The notes under the pieces are model-generated. The model was not told where the DNA came from and did no database searches. It saw only the letters and a list, made by a program, of their open reading frames with translations. A DNA stretch of 64,000 bases from an uncultured delta proteobacterium (GTDB lineage: Bacteria; Desulfobacterota; Binatia; UTPRO1). Made by a program: the position numbers and the translations under genes. The stretch spans positions 275,133 through 339,132 of the forward strand of contig CAVZDH010000005.1 of the NCBI GenBank assembly GCA_963774015.1. Reading direction: 5' to 3'. This document shows positions 28,603 through 39,294 of the stretch, one piece after another (the first letter of the stretch is position 1; each line of letters starts with the position of its first letter).

Positions 28603-29491
28603 TCGACGCTCCCGCCACCGGTGATCGTCTCGCCGAGCTCCAGGCCGCCTTCGAGGTCTTCACGGGGGCGACCTCGCAGCTCGAGGAGCAGTATCGGGCG
28701 CTGCAGTCGCACGTGCAGGCGCTCCGCGCCGAGCTCGACGAGAAGCAGCGGGCGCTCACCGCCTCGATCGAGCGGCAACGCTGCCTCGAATCGCAGGCTC
28801 TTCGCCACAGCCGGCTCGCCGCCATGGGTGAGATGGCGGCGACGTTGGCGCACGAGGTGCGCAACCCGCTCGGCGCCATGGAGCTCTTCACCGGCATGCT
28901 CGCGGAGGAGGTCGCCGACCGGCCGCAGGCGCATCGGCTCGCGGGGCAGATCGCGAGCGGCATCGCCGACCTGAACCACCTCGTCACGAACATCCTCGAC
29001 TACACGCGCCTGCCGGAGCCGCGGCGGACGACCGTCGCGCTCGATGCGCTGATCGACGACGCGCTGCTCGCGAGCGCGCCCGCGCTCGGAGCAGGTGTCC
29101 GCGTCGAACGCCGCGGCGTCGCCGGTGCCGCCTGCGCGCTCGATCGCGGGCTCGTGCTGCAGACGCTCCTGAATCTCATCCGCAACGCCGGGGAGGCGAT
29201 GGCGGGCGAGGGCGCGCTCCGCATCGCGGTCGAGCCCGCCGGGAACTGGGTTCGCGTCACGGTCGCCGACGACGGCCCGGGCATCCCGATCGGGCGCGAG
29301 GAAACCATCTTCGCGCCGTTCTTCACGACCAAGGAGCGCGGTACCGGGCTCGGCCTGGCGGTCGCGCGCGCGGCCGTGGCCGCGCACGGCGGTACGCTCG
29401 CGATCCGTCCGCGACCGGCCGCGGCAGCGCGCGGCGCGACGTTCGTCCTCACCCTGCCGCAGCATGCGGCCCCATTCGAAGGAGAGATCTG

Positions 29492-29492
<1 letters not shown>
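28599..29492 (+). CDS. Cytoplasmic sensor histidine kinase (FlgS/FleS/FlrB-like)
   Basis: No TM segment; coiled-coil N-terminus. H-box LAHEVRNPLG, N-box NLIRNA, DDGPG, FFTTKERGTGLGL. Confidence 0.9.
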
Positions 29493-30841
<1,349 letters not shown>

Positions 30842-30876
30842 GGCGTCCATGGGGACGCGGCCACGAAACTGGCGGG

Positions 30877-30905
30877 CGGCAGAATCTGCCGGTCAGGGTT
30901 CTGAC
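30877..30905. promoter_or_regulatory. Tandem enhancer dyads upstream of flgB
   Basis: CGGCAGAATCTGCCG immediately followed by GTCAGGGTTCTGAC. Confidence 0.65.
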
Positions 30906-30979
30906 TCGACCCGCGGTCGCGGGCGCGGCGGACGCACGCGGGACGCGAGGAATCGCGCCGCGGCGACGCCGGGGCTCCC

Positions 30980-30995
30980 TGGAACGTGTCTTGCT
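30980..30995 (+). promoter_or_regulatory. sigma54 promoter of the flgB operon
   Basis: TGGAACGTGTCTTGCT. Confidence 0.8.
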
Positions 30996-31022
30996 CCCCG
31001 CCGGCGGTAGGAGAACATTGCC

Positions 31023-31406
31023 ATGCAACTTTTCGGAACCCTGACCGAAGGCCTCGGGACCGCGCTCGATCTCTACCAAGCGCGCCACCAGGTGCTCGCC
31101 GAAAACATCGCCAACTCGGAGACGCCGGGCTACCGCGCCCGCGACATCCAGTTCGCCGACCAGCTCGCCGCCGCGTTGACGGCGCCGCCGCAAGGCGAGG
31201 CGCACGGCAACCCCGCGCCCGCCGAGCCGTTGCGCGTCGAGCCGACCATCGACCGCGACGCGCCGATCAAGCCCGACGGCAACTCGGTCGCGCTCGACAC
31301 CCAGGTCGGACGGCTCTCGGAGAACGCGTTCAAGATCCAAGCGCTGACGCAGATCCTCTCCGGCCGCTACGCGAGCCTGAAGCGCGTCATCGACGGAGGC
31401 AAATGA
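31023..31406 (+). CDS. flgB: Basal-body rod protein FlgB
   Basis: RHQVLAENIANSETPGYRARDI, DGNSVALD. Confidence 0.96.
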   Translation: MQLFGTLTEGLGTALDLYQARHQVLAENIANSETPGYRARDIQFADQLAAALTAPPQGEAHGNPAPAEPLRVEPTIDRDAPIKPDGNSVALDTQVGRLSENAFKIQALTQILSGRYASLKRVIDGGK

Positions 31407-31831
31407 TGGACGTCGCCGCGACGCTCGCAATCAGCTCGAGCGCATTGGAGGCGCAGCGCCTCCGGATGGACGTCATCGCCGCGAACCTGGCGAACGCCCA
31501 GAGCACGCGCACGCCGGAAGGCGGTCCCTACAAGCGGCGCGACGTGGTGCTGGAGGCGACGCCGGGCGGGCGCTTCGAGGACGTCCTCGGTGCGTCGCCG
31601 GGCGGCGCGGTGCGGGTGGCGCGGGTGGTGGCGGACGACCAGCCGCCGCGGGTCGTGTTCGACCCGGGGCATCCCGATGCCGACGCGCGCGGCTACGTCG
31701 CGTACCCGAACGTCAACCCGATCACCGAGATGGTCGACCTGATGGCGGCGACGCGCGCCTACGAGGCCAACGTCGCCGCGGTGAACGCCACCAAGCGCGT
31801 GCTCGAAGCCGCGCTCTCGATCGGCCGGTAG
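31403..31831 (+). CDS. flgC: Basal-body rod protein FlgC
   Basis: ISSSALEAQRLRMDVIAANLANA, GPYKRR, DPGHPDAD..GYVAYPNVN, RAYEANV. Confidence 0.97.
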   Translation: MMDVAATLAISSSALEAQRLRMDVIAANLANAQSTRTPEGGPYKRRDVVLEATPGGRFEDVLGASPGGAVRVARVVADDQPPRVVFDPGHPDADARGYVAYPNVNPITEMVDLMAATRAYEANVAAVNATKRVLEAALSIGR

Positions 31832-31849
31832 GCGCGCGCGAGGCTCACG

Positions 31850-32161
31850 ATGGAGATCAAAGACGTCACGCAGTTTCCGCACGTCGCCGGCCTCGGTGGT
31901 CCCGAGGGCGCCGCCAAGACGGGCGAGGCCGAGCAAGGCAAGGGATCGTTCGCGGCGGTGCTCAAGCAATCGCTCACCGAGGTGAACGCCATGCAGCAGA
32001 AGGCCGACGCCGCCATCACCGCGCTCGCGAGCGGGGAGAAGGTGAGTCTCCACGAGACGATGATCGCGATGGAGCAGGCCGACGTGTCGTTTCGGATGAT
32101 GATGCAGGTCCGCAACAAGATCGTCGAGGCGTATCAGGAAATTCTCCGGATGCAGGTCTGA
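31850..32161 (+). CDS. fliE: Hook-basal body protein FliE
   Basis: LHETMIAMEQA, QVRNKIVEAYQEILRMQV. Confidence 0.97.
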   Translation: MEIKDVTQFPHVAGLGGPEGAAKTGEAEQGKGSFAAVLKQSLTEVNAMQQKADAAITALASGEKVSLHETMIAMEQADVSFRMMMQVRNKIVEAYQEILRMQV

Positions 32162-32183
32162 GCGAGGAACGCGAGGCTAACGC

Positions 32184-33740
32184 ATGGATCGGTTGAGCGG
32201 ACTGCTGGAGCAGCTCAGGGATTTCTTTCTCGGGCTGCCGCCGGCGCGGCGGGTCACCTTCGCGGGATTGACGGCGGCCGTCGTGATCGCGACGGGCGCG
32301 CTCGCGTGGTGGGTGCAGCAGCCGCAGTATCGCGTGCTCTACAGCGGCCTCGGCGCCTCGGATGCGGGCGCGGTCATCGAGTATCTCAAGTCCGAGAAGA
32401 TTCCGTATCGCGTGGGCGACAACGGCGGCAACATCGAGGTCGCCGCCGGCCGGCTCTACGAGACGCGCATGGCGCTCGCGGGTCGCGGCATTCCGCAAGG
32501 CGGCGGGGTCGGCTTCGAGATCTTCGACAAGCAGACGCTCGGCATGACCGACTTCGTGCAGCGGTTGAACTACCAGCGTGCCTTGCAGGGCGAGCTGGCG
32601 CGCTCGATCGCCGAGCTCGACACGGTCGAGTCCGCCCGCGTGCATCTGGCGATGCCGGAGCGCTCGCTCTTCGTGTCCGAGGAGCGCCGGCCGTCGGCGT
32701 CGGTGATCTTGAAGCTGCGCCCCGGACGTACGCTCGCGCCCGAACAGATCGCGGGCGTCGTGCATCTCGTCGCGGCGAGCGTCGAGGGCCTGCGGCCGGC
32801 CGACGTGACCGTCGTCGACGTGAACGGGGAGGTGCTCACGCACGATCAGGCCGACGCGGACACCCAACGGCCGGGCCGAGGTCTGATGACCTTCCAGCGC
32901 GAGATGGAGCAGGGCTACACCGAGGGCATCGAGAGCATGCTCGCGCGCGTGCTCGGCCCCGGCCACGCGCTCGCGCGCGTCACCGTCGCGCTCGACTTGG
33001 CGCAGGTGGAGAAGACCGAGGAGAGCTTCGACCCCGATCGCGTCGCGGTGCGGAACGAGAAGCGCTCCAAGGAGAGCAGCGCGCAGGGCAACGCCGGCGG
33101 CGGCGCCGCGGCGAACGCCAACATCACCAACGAGCCGGCGGCGGCGACGACCGGTCCGACGTCGGCCCGCGAGGACACCGCGCTCAGCTACGAGATCAGC
33201 AAGGTCACGAGCCGCCGCGTCGAGCAGATGGGGGCGGTGAAGAAGCTCTCGGTCGCGGTGATCGTCGACGGAACCTGGACCGGCGAGGGCGACGCCCGGA
33301 CGTTCGTTCCCCGCCCGCAGGAGGAGATCGATCGCTACCGCGAGCTCATCAAACGCGCCGTCGGCTTCAACGAGGAGCGCGGCGACCAGATCGAGGTCGC
33401 GAGCGCGCCCTTCCAAGCGCCCGCGGCCGTCGAGGCGCCCGAGCCGCCCGGCCTGCTCGCGCGCATCGGCGCCTTCTCCGAGGTGCTGTGGCGCCTCGCC
33501 GGGCTCGTGGTCGCGCTGGTGGTGCTGATGACGGTCATCCGACCGTTCCTTCTCGCGATGGCGAGCCGGGCGCCGGTCGCGGCGTCCCTCCCGACCTACG
33601 TCCCGCCCCCGAGCGCTCGTGCGACCGTCGCGTCCCCGGGCGGCAGCGATCTCCCGGTGCCCTCCGGCATGCTGCAGATGGCGAGCCAGAACCCCGAGCA
33701 CACGGCGGACGTCATCCGCCAGTGGTTGGCGCAGAAGTAG
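32184..33740 (+). CDS. fliF: MS-ring protein FliF
   Basis: GFEIFDKQTLGMTDF, YQRALQGELARSI, ARVHLAMP, KLSVAVIVDG, AVGFNEERGD and two TM segments. Confidence 0.97.
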   Translation: MDRLSGLLEQLRDFFLGLPPARRVTFAGLTAAVVIATGALAWWVQQPQYRVLYSGLGASDAGAVIEYLKSEKIPYRVGDNGGNIEVAAGRLYETRMALAGRGIPQGGGVGFEIFDKQTLGMTDFVQRLNYQRALQGELARSIAELDTVESARVHLAMPERSLFVSEERRPSASVILKLRPGRTLAPEQIAGVVHLVAASVEGLRPADVTVVDVNGEVLTHDQADADTQRPGRGLMTFQREMEQGYTEGIESMLARVLGPGHALARVTVALDLAQVEKTEESFDPDRVAVRNEKRSKESSAQGNAGGGAAANANITNEPAAATTGPTSAREDTALSYEISKVTSRRVEQMGAVKKLSVAVIVDGTWTGEGDARTFVPRPQEEIDRYRELIKRAVGFNEERGDQIEVASAPFQAPAAVEAPEPPGLLARIGAFSEVLWRLAGLVVALVVLMTVIRPFLLAMASRAPVAASLPTYVPPPSARATVASPGGSDLPVPSGMLQMASQNPEHTADVIRQWLAQK

Positions 33741-33743
33741 ACG

Positions 33744-34778
33744 ATGGCCGACGAGCTCACGGGCGTCGACAAGGCCGCGGTGCTGCTGCTCTCGCTCGGC
33801 GAGGAGGTCGCGGCGGAGGTCTTTCGTCATCTCGACGACGGCGAGGTTCGTGTGGTCACCAAGGCGCTCGCACGCATGCGCACGGTACCGGCCGAGCATC
33901 TGCGGAGTGTCGAGCAGGACTACCGGAAGCGCGTCACCGCCTCGCGTGGTCTCCGCGTCGACGGGCTTCTCTTCGCGCGCTCGCTCGTGAGCCAGACGAT
34001 CACCAACGGCGAGACCTCGACGGCGGTGAATCGCGACGAGATCCTGGCCGAGCTCGACCAGCTTCCGACCGGCGAGTCGACGGGTCTGGCGCGCGCGCTC
34101 GAAGGGGTGCCGCCCGATGGCCTCGCGCGCCTGCTCGAGACCGAGCATCCGCAGATCGCGACCCTCATCCTCGCGCATCTCGCGCCGGCGCAGGGGATGC
34201 TCGTGCTGCGCGGCCTGCCGGAGGTGCTGCAGACGGAGCTGGTCGAGCGGCTGGCACGGCTCGACGCGGCGATTCCGCCCTCGCTGATCCAGGAGGTCGG
34301 CGTCATCCTGCGCGATCAGGTGAAGGGCCTCGCGCGCGAAACCGGCAAGGCCGCGGGCGGTCCGAAGGTCGTCGCGGAGATGATGAAGCACGCCGACAAG
34401 GCGACCGAGGGCCGCATCTTCGAGGATCTCGAGCAACGCGACCCGGAGCTCGCCGCCACGGTGCGCGGCATGCTGTTCACGTTCGAGGATTGCCTCCAGT
34501 TCGACAACCGCAGCATGCAGACGCTCTTGAAAGAGGTCGCCCGCGAAGACTTGCTGCTGGCGCTCAAGACCGCGAGCCCCGCGCTCTCGGAGAAGATCTT
34601 CGCGAACGTGTCGAGCCGCGCCGCCGAGATCCTGCGCGAGGATCTCGGCTCGTCGGGCCCGGCCCGTCTCAAGGACGTCGAGGCCGCGCAGCAGCGCATC
34701 GTGGCCGCCGTGCGCGACCTCGAGGCCGACGGCAAGCTCGTCGTCGCGGGGGGAGCGTCGGACGATGTCCTCGTTTGA
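33744..34778 (+). CDS. fliG: Motor switch protein FliG
   Basis: KAAVLLLSLGEE, EHPQIATLIL, MLFTFED, GPARLKDVEAAQ. Confidence 0.97.
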   Translation: MADELTGVDKAAVLLLSLGEEVAAEVFRHLDDGEVRVVTKALARMRTVPAEHLRSVEQDYRKRVTASRGLRVDGLLFARSLVSQTITNGETSTAVNRDEILAELDQLPTGESTGLARALEGVPPDGLARLLETEHPQIATLILAHLAPAQGMLVLRGLPEVLQTELVERLARLDAAIPPSLIQEVGVILRDQVKGLARETGKAAGGPKVVAEMMKHADKATEGRIFEDLEQRDPELAATVRGMLFTFEDCLQFDNRSMQTLLKEVAREDLLLALKTASPALSEKIFANVSSRAAEILREDLGSSGPARLKDVEAAQQRIVAAVRDLEADGKLVVAGGASDDVLV

Positions 34779-35457
34779 GAAGCTGACGCCCGCCGCCGCC
34801 ACCGTCCCGAACGCGGCCGCACCGTTCGGCGCGCGCGGCAAGGTGTCGCTCGGATCGCGGGTCGGCGGCACCCAGGTCTTTCGCGACTTCGGCGGCGGCG
34901 ACGCGGCTCCCGCGGCGTCCGACCCGAGCACGGAGGCGGTCTCCGCGGAGCCCGCGGTCGACGAGGTGCAGCACGCGGCGGCGGCCGCGTATGCGGACGG
35001 CGTCGCGGCCGGGCGGGCGGAGGCGTTGCGCGCGCTCGTCGCCGAGGGGGACACGCTCGTGAAGGCGCTCGCCGAAGTCGAGCGCTTTCGGGCCGGGCTC
35101 GTCGAGCGCTACCAGGACGAGCTGCTGGCGCTCGCGCTCGGCATCGCGCGCAAGGTCGTGCAGCGCGAGCTCGCCGAGCACCCCGAGCACTGGCTTGGCA
35201 TGATCCGCGAGGCGGTGCGCCACGCGCTCGACCGCGAGAAGATCCGCATCCGTGTCGGCAGCGTCCTGCATCGCTTTCTGCTGGAGCACCTTTCGACCTT
35301 GCGGCCGATGCTCGACGACGTGAAGGAGCTCGAGCTCGTCGAGGATCCGGCGCTGGCCGAGAACGGCTGCATTCTGGAGAGCCAATTCGGCGACCTCGAC
35401 CTCGGCGTCGACAGCCAGATCGGCGCCATTCGCGCCGCGCTCACGCAGGGGGGGTGA
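34765..35457 (+). CDS. fliH: Export protein FliH
   Basis: AYADGVAAG GxxxG repeats, IARKVV, DPALAENGCILES..GDLD; between fliG and fliI. Confidence 0.9.
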   Translation: MSSFEKLTPAAATVPNAAAPFGARGKVSLGSRVGGTQVFRDFGGGDAAPAASDPSTEAVSAEPAVDEVQHAAAAAYADGVAAGRAEALRALVAEGDTLVKALAEVERFRAGLVERYQDELLALALGIARKVVQRELAEHPEHWLGMIREAVRHALDREKIRIRVGSVLHRFLLEHLSTLRPMLDDVKELELVEDPALAENGCILESQFGDLDLGVDSQIGAIRAALTQGG

Positions 35458-36833
35458 GCATGACCAGCGAGCCCGACGATCTCGCGGCGAACCTCGACGA
35501 GGTCGCCGACCGCAGCAGCGTGATCGCGCGCCACCTCGCGCACGCGGTCGAGCAGCTGCGGCACGTCAACCCGGTCCGCATCAGCGGGCGGGTGACGGAC
35601 GTGATCGGCCTCGTCATCGAGGGGACCGGACCCGGGCTGCCGATCGGCGGCGTCTGCCAGATCGCGCGGCGTGACGGCGGCGGGAGCATCGCGGCCGAGG
35701 TGGTCGGCTTCCGACGGAATCGCGTCCTGCTCATGCCGCTCGGCGAGGTGAGCGGCATCGAGCCGGGCAATCGCATCGTGGTCGCGCGCGAGCGCCCGGC
35801 GATCGCCGTCGGCCCGGGATTACGGGGACGCGTGCTCGACGGCCTGGGCGCGCCGATCGACGGCGGCGGCCCGGTCGCGATCGAGCGCGAGGTCAGTCTC
35901 TACGGGCCGCACATCAATCCGCTCGAGCGCCCCCCGATTCGGGCGCCGCTCGATCTCGGCGTCCGTGCCATGAACACCCTGCTCACCTGCGGGCGCGGCC
36001 AGCGCCTCGGCATCTTCGCGGGGTCGGGCGTGGGCAAGAGCGCCTTGCTCGGCATGGTCGCCCGCTCGACCCGCGCCCAGGTGAACGTCATCGCGCTCAT
36101 CGGCGAGCGCGGTCGCGAGGTCCGCGAGTTCATCGAGCGGGATCTCGGTCCCGAAGGCCTGGCACGCTCGGTCGTGGTCGTCGCGACGTCCGACCAGCCG
36201 CCGCTGGTCCGCATCCGCGGCGCGTTTCTCGCCACCGCGATCGCCGAGTACTTCCGCGACGCCGGCCTCGACGTGATGCTGATGATGGACTCGCTGACGC
36301 GCCTCGCGATGGCGCAGCGCGAGGTCGGGCTCTCGATCGGCGAGCCGCCGTCCGCGCGCGGCTATACGCCGTCGGTGTTCGCGATCCTGCCGCGGCTGCT
36401 CGAGCGCGCCGGGGCGTGCGCGCGCGGCGCCATCACCGGCCTCTACACGGTGCTGGTCGAAGGCGACGACATGAACGAGCCGGTCGCCGACACGGCGCGG
36501 AGCCTCCTCGACGGCCACGTCGTGCTGTCGCGCGCGCTCGCCAACCAGGGGCACTATCCGGCGATCGACGTGCTGCGCAGCATCTCGCGGCTGATGAACG
36601 ACATCGTGCCGGAGGCGCAGCTGAAGCTGGCGGCCAAGGTTCGCGGCTGGCTCGCGACGTATCGTGACGCCGAGGATCTCATCAACATCGGTGCCTACAC
36701 CGCCGGCAGCAACCCGCGCATCGACGAGGCCGTCGCCAAGATCGAGGCGGTGCACGCGTTTCTCCGCCAAGGCTTGAACGAGCGCAGCACGATCGAGGAG
36801 GGCGTGGCCGCGCTGGCCGCGCTCGGCCGGCTG
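35454..36833 (+). CDS. fliI: Export ATPase FliI (reads in frame into fliJ as sequenced)
   Basis: GQRLGIFAGSGVGKS, ALIGERGRE, MMDSLTR, GEPP..GYTPSV, LDGHVVLSR, GAY..GSNP. Confidence 0.97.
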
Positions 36834-37301
36834 ATGCCCGCGCCGTTCCGATTGGCGCGCGTGCTGCGCCTGCGCGAGCAAATGCGGCGCTTGCGCGTGC
36901 ACGAGGCGGAGGCGCTCGCCGCCGAGCTCGCCGGGGCGTGCCGCGAGGCGGCACGGCTCGGCGCGGAGCGCGAGCGGCTCGGCGAGGCGGAGAGCGCGGC
37001 CGCGCTCGCGGGGCGGCTCACGCCCGAGCACTTGCGGCTCGGGCGGGTCTACGACGCGGCGCTCGCCGACGCCGAGACCGCGTGCGCGCTCGCGACCGTC
37101 CGTCTCGGGCAGGCGCTCGAGGCGAAGCGCGCGGAGCTCATCCAGGCGCGGCAAGAGGAAGAGAAGTACGTGCGGCTCGCGGCCGCCCATCGCGAGCGCG
37201 GGCTCGAGGCGGAGGCCCGCGAGATCGACCGCGTGCTCGACGAGATCGCCGTCGACCGCCACCGCCGAGGCCGGAAGGAGCAGGGACATGTCCGAGGCTA
37301 G
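36834..37301 (+). CDS. fliJ: Export chaperone FliJ
   Basis: MPAPFRLARVLRLREQ...LDEIA coiled coil directly after the FliI C-terminus. Confidence 0.85.
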   Translation: MPAPFRLARVLRLREQMRRLRVHEAEALAAELAGACREAARLGAERERLGEAESAAALAGRLTPEHLRLGRVYDAALADAETACALATVRLGQALEAKRAELIQARQEEEKYVRLAAAHRERGLEAEAREIDRVLDEIAVDRHRRGRKEQGHVRG

Positions 37302-37887
37302 AGTCGTCAGCAGCGCGTGGCGCGGTCGCCGCCTCGTACGCTTCGCGCTGGCGTTCGTGCTGGGTGCGAAGATCGCGCTGGTCGTCCTGGCGCAGGGCGA
37401 GGGACGGGCGCTGGCGAGCGGCGCCGCCGCCAAGGGCGGGGGTGGGGCCGTCGCGACCGCGAGCGCGGCCGAGCCCGCGGCGGGCTTCGGCGCCGCGCGG
37501 CCCGACGTGCGGGCGCTTCTCGATGCGCTCGAGAAGCGGCAGAGCGAGCTCGACGCGCGCGAGCGCGAGGTGGCGAGCAAGGAGGCCCGCCTCGCGCTCT
37601 ACGAGAAGGACGTCACCGCCAAGGTGGCGAGCCTCGAGGAGATCGAGAAGCGCCTCTCCGTCCGTGCCAAGGCCGCCACCCAGGCGGTCGACGCCGCCGC
37701 CGAGTCGCTCGCGAAGATCTACGGCACCATGAAGCCGGAAGCCGCCGCGCCGATCCTCGACCGACTCGACGACCCGACGGTGCTCACGATCTTCCGCCGC
37801 ATGAAGGAGAAGCAGGTCGGCGAGATCCTGCCGCTGATGACGAGAGACCGCGCGATCGCGCTGACGCAGGCGTTGGCGGAGCAGTGA
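37288..37887 (+). CDS. MotE/YlxF/FlbB-like (MgtE_N-domain) flagellar protein
   Basis: N-terminal TM, coiled coil, LAKIYGTMKPEAAAPIL..MKEKQVGEILPLM; follows fliJ. Confidence 0.85.
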   Translation: MSEARVVSSAWRGRRLVRFALAFVLGAKIALVVLAQGEGRALASGAAAKGGGGAVATASAAEPAAGFGAARPDVRALLDALEKRQSELDAREREVASKEARLALYEKDVTAKVASLEEIEKRLSVRAKAATQAVDAAAESLAKIYGTMKPEAAAPILDRLDDPTVLTIFRRMKEKQVGEILPLMTRDRAIALTQALAEQ

Positions 37888-37940
37888 AGGGGCAGCACGC
37901 CGGCTTCGCTGCGGTGTGATGGAGCGGGGGGCGAGCGCGA

Positions 37941-39131
37941 CTACGGCAGCTTCAGGCCCAGGCGCTCGCCGCGTACGTCGATCACGATCCGTGCGAACGG
38001 CGGCGGGAGCTGTTCTGCGGCGCCGAGCATCGTCATGCCGGTGCCGGAGGGGAGGAGGAGGTTCATGCCGAGGATGCCGTCGAGCGTGATGGTGGTGCCG
38101 TCGGCCTGCTTCGTCGTCACGTCGTGGACGACGACGGCCGGATGCGGAAAGACGACGCGGCGACCGTCGGTGGTCGCGAGCGTCAGGCGATCGAGGCGGA
38201 AGCCCGGGAGGTTCTCGTGACCGCCGCCGATGCCGCCGACGGGGAGCGTGAACGCGGGCGGGCGCGTCGGGTTGCCCGCGCCGTCGACCACCCCGAGCGT
38301 GCGCGCGGCGGCGGTCGAGATGATCGTGCAGGCGGCGCCGGTGTCGAGGAGCCAGGTGCCTGCGACGGTCGAGGCGCCGAGCTCCGTTCGAACGCCCGTG
38401 ACGAGGGGATTCTCGGCGAGCGAGGGCAGGGGGCCGCGATTGCGCGGATCGCGACGATTGAAGTCGGTGAGCGTGAGCGCGACCCACGCGTCGACGGCGA
38501 GACCGCCCGCGCTCGAGAGGAGACGGACGGCGACGGCGGGGAGCGCATCGGGCGCGGGGGCGAGCTCGACGACCCGTTCGCGGATGAGCGGCATTCCGAC
38601 CACGTCCACCATCGCGCCCGGTGACAGGAGGAGGGCGCTCGGATCCGTGGGCGCGTCGTTCAAAAGCAGGCGCTGGGCCGTGAGGCGGAAGGTGCTCGGG
38701 CGCGGGCCGCGCCGCGAGTGGCGATCGTCGCCGTCGTCCGGCTCGAGGTCGGTCGCGGTCAGCGTGACGGCGCGCGAGACCTGCATCGGGTGGTCGCCGC
38801 TCACGCCGGTCTCGAAGTAGCGCGAGCCGGACTCCGGCGTGACCGCGAAACGCGCCGCGGTGTCGTGCGAAAGCACATGGCCGCTCGCGCCGGTATCGAG
38901 GATCGCGACCGCGGGCAGATCCGCGCCGAGATCCTCGAGGTCGCCGCGTCGCGTGGTCTCCCGATCCGGATGATCACCGAGGGTCAGCACCACCATCGGC
39001 TGGGCGAGCGCCGCCTCGCCCGTCGCGCCGGCCACCACGTCGCGGGCGTCGGCGATCGCGCCCCATCGGCAGAGCGCCGCCAATGCGACGAGCGCGCGGG
39101 CGACCCGGACACCGCGACCGGCGTTCCCCAT
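37941..39131 (-). CDS. Exported two-lobed aspartic protease (retropepsin/pepsin-like)
   Basis: Likely start ATG 39131 with a signal peptide. Two catalytic motifs (AILDTGAS, WLLDTGA) with psi-loop motifs DVVGMP and DGILGMN. Confidence 0.78.
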   Translation of the reverse strand: MGNAGRGVRVARALVALAALCRWGAIADARDVVAGATGEAALAQPMVVLTLGDHPDRETTRRGDLEDLGADLPAVAILDTGASGHVLSHDTAARFAVTPESGSRYFETGVSGDHPMQVSRAVTLTATDLEPDDGDDRHSRRGPRPSTFRLTAQRLLLNDAPTDPSALLLSPGAMVDVVGMPLIRERVVELAPAPDALPAVAVRLLSSAGGLAVDAWVALTLTDFNRRDPRNRGPLPSLAENPLVTGVRTELGASTVAGTWLLDTGAACTIISTAAARTLGVVDGAGNPTRPPAFTLPVGGIGGGHENLPGFRLDRLTLATTDGRRVVFPHPAVVVHDVTTKQADGTTITLDGILGMNLLLPSGTGMTMLGAAEQLPPPFARIVIDVRGERLGLKLP

Positions 39132-39186
39132 GCCGTCGAGAAGTAGCCGCGCTCCGCCCCGGGCGATAGCTCGCATCGCGAAATAC

Positions 39187-39199
39187 GGCAGAATCTGCC
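39187..39199. promoter_or_regulatory. Enhancer dyad upstream of fliK
   Basis: GGCAGAATCTGCC, identical to the copies at 30878 and 54036. Confidence 0.65.
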
Positions 39200-39263
39200 T
39201 CCCTCTGGCCGTTCGTTCCGCGTCCCGATCGACCGCACGTCGACGCCGCGCGCGCTTCGCCGC

Positions 39264-39279
39264 TGGCACCGGCATTGCT
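39264..39279 (+). promoter_or_regulatory. sigma54 promoter of fliK-flgD-flgE
   Basis: TGGCACCGGCATTGCT. Confidence 0.82.
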
Positions 39280-39294
39280 CCTTCGCCCTCGCAC

